This document shows, in pieces, positions 63,378 through 64,000 of a stretch of 64,000 nucleotides of DNA; the stretch's first letter is position 1, and every line of letters begins with the position of its first letter. The translations under genes were made by a program, and so were the position numbers. The DNA comes from Candidatus Saccharimonadales bacterium (GTDB lineage: Bacteria; Patescibacteriota; Saccharimonadia; Saccharimonadales; UBA4665), in NCBI GenBank assembly GCA_038230895.1, contig JBBRMJ010000002.1, positions 12,531 through 76,530 on the forward strand, given 5' to 3'. Below the pieces are notes generated by a model. The model saw nothing but the letters and a program-made list of their open reading frames with translations, had not been told where the DNA came from and did not search any database.

Positions 63378-64000
63378 TTATTTGCCTTTGACGGTAACTG
63401 AGATAGTCGCGGTGCTCGTATTGCCTGCTGCATCGTATGCGGTGGCGGTTAGCGTATGATGACCGTTCTTGACCGGTGAAGTGTCCCAACTTGCCCCCCA
63501 ACCATACGCATCCTGGCTAGTAGCGTCGCGGATAACAGTTGTTCCGTCACTTATGACGACACGGGTAACGCCGACATTATCAGCAGCATTGACGCTTATC
63601 AGAACTGTACCGTTAACACCTGATCCATCAGTGGGGTTTGTGAAGCTAATACTAGGCGCTGCCCTGTCAGTTACAGCATTCGAGACAGTCACTACGACAC
63701 TGCTGGCGCTGTGGTTGCCTGCCGCATCATAGGCCGTTGTTGTCAGTGTGTGGCTGCCATTCGTAGATTTCGTGGAGTCCCAGACGCTGCCCCAACCGTA
63801 GGTGCCTTGGCTGGTAGCATCATGGATAACGGTTGTTCCATCAGTGATGACGACTCGAGTTACGTTGACATTATCACTCGCGTTGACATTGACGGTAGCG
63901 CTGCCTGTCACGGTAGCGTCTGTTGTCGGGCTAGTGATGCTAACGGTTGGAGCGATCGTATCACCACCACCTGTGGATACTGTACCTGTGAAGGCGGCAT
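63378..64000 (-). CDS. Surface protein with tandem bacterial Ig-like domains; the N-terminal part lies beyond the right edge
   Basis: The frame stays open to the window end, so the track M at 63911 is internal. Two repeats of about 98 aa are present (VNASDNVNVTRVVITDGTTVIHDATSQGTYGWGSVWDSTKSTNGSHTLTTTAYDAAGN / VNAADNVGVTRVVISDGTTVIRDATSQDAYGWGASWDTSPVKNGHHTLTATAYDAAGN). They match the Ig type seen in the 9288 gene. Confidence 0.7.
   Translation of the reverse strand, partial: AAFTGTVSTGGGDTIAPTVSITSPTTDATVTGSATVNVNASDNVNVTRVVITDGTTVIHDATSQGTYGWGSVWDSTKSTNGSHTLTTTAYDAAGNHSASSVVVTVSNAVTDRAAPSISFTNPTDGSGVNGTVLISVNAADNVGVTRVVISDGTTVIRDATSQDAYGWGASWDTSPVKNGHHTLTATAYDAAGNTSTATISVTVKGK

Overview
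The window is a densely packed stretch of bacterial chromosome, roughly 90% coding by eye. Stop/start overlaps are frequent and intergenic regions are short. I found no rRNA, CRISPR array, transposase or integrase.

Gene content:
- Housekeeping: tilS, ftsH, murJ, lepA, a heat-shock locus (hrcA-grpE-dnaK-dnaJ), yebC-ruvC-ruvA-ruvB, recA-recX, tsaE-tsaB, rny-ymdB.
- Four tRNAs: Lys-UUU, Pro-UGG, Pro-CGG and His-GUG. All have an encoded CCA.
- A large type IV pilus/competence region: pilM-N-O, three pilin-like genes, pilA, pilC and pilB, with comEC further upstream.
- Several secreted or anchored multidomain surface proteins.

The style is compact: a short HrcA, a short TsaB, a ComEC without an obvious extra C-terminal domain, a Gram-positive-type pilus without a secretin, and many tiny unknown ORFs. 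This suggests a reduced-genome, possibly episymbiotic lineage (Patescibacteria/Saccharibacteria-like). That assignment is inference only.

Most interesting loci:
1. 9288-14298: three surface-protein genes that appear to encode a cohesin-dockerin pair plus shuffled CBM-like and Ig/TM-anchor modules.
2. 26731-29317: a translationally coupled operon of FNR-like dehydrogenase, ApbE and a bis-His ferric-reductase-like membrane protein, i.e. a split NOX-like module.
3. 14299-21954: a heat-shock locus with two CIRCE operators that embed -35 boxes. It carries five unknown small ORFs, cutA and a secreted beta-helix protein.
4. 21951-24363: a GGDEF gene divergent from a retropepsin-like protease gene and rimK.
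5. 36635-47618: the pilus cluster, with a nested glpQ and a very large pilin-like protein.

All functional calls rest on motifs read by eye from the translations. No database search was run.
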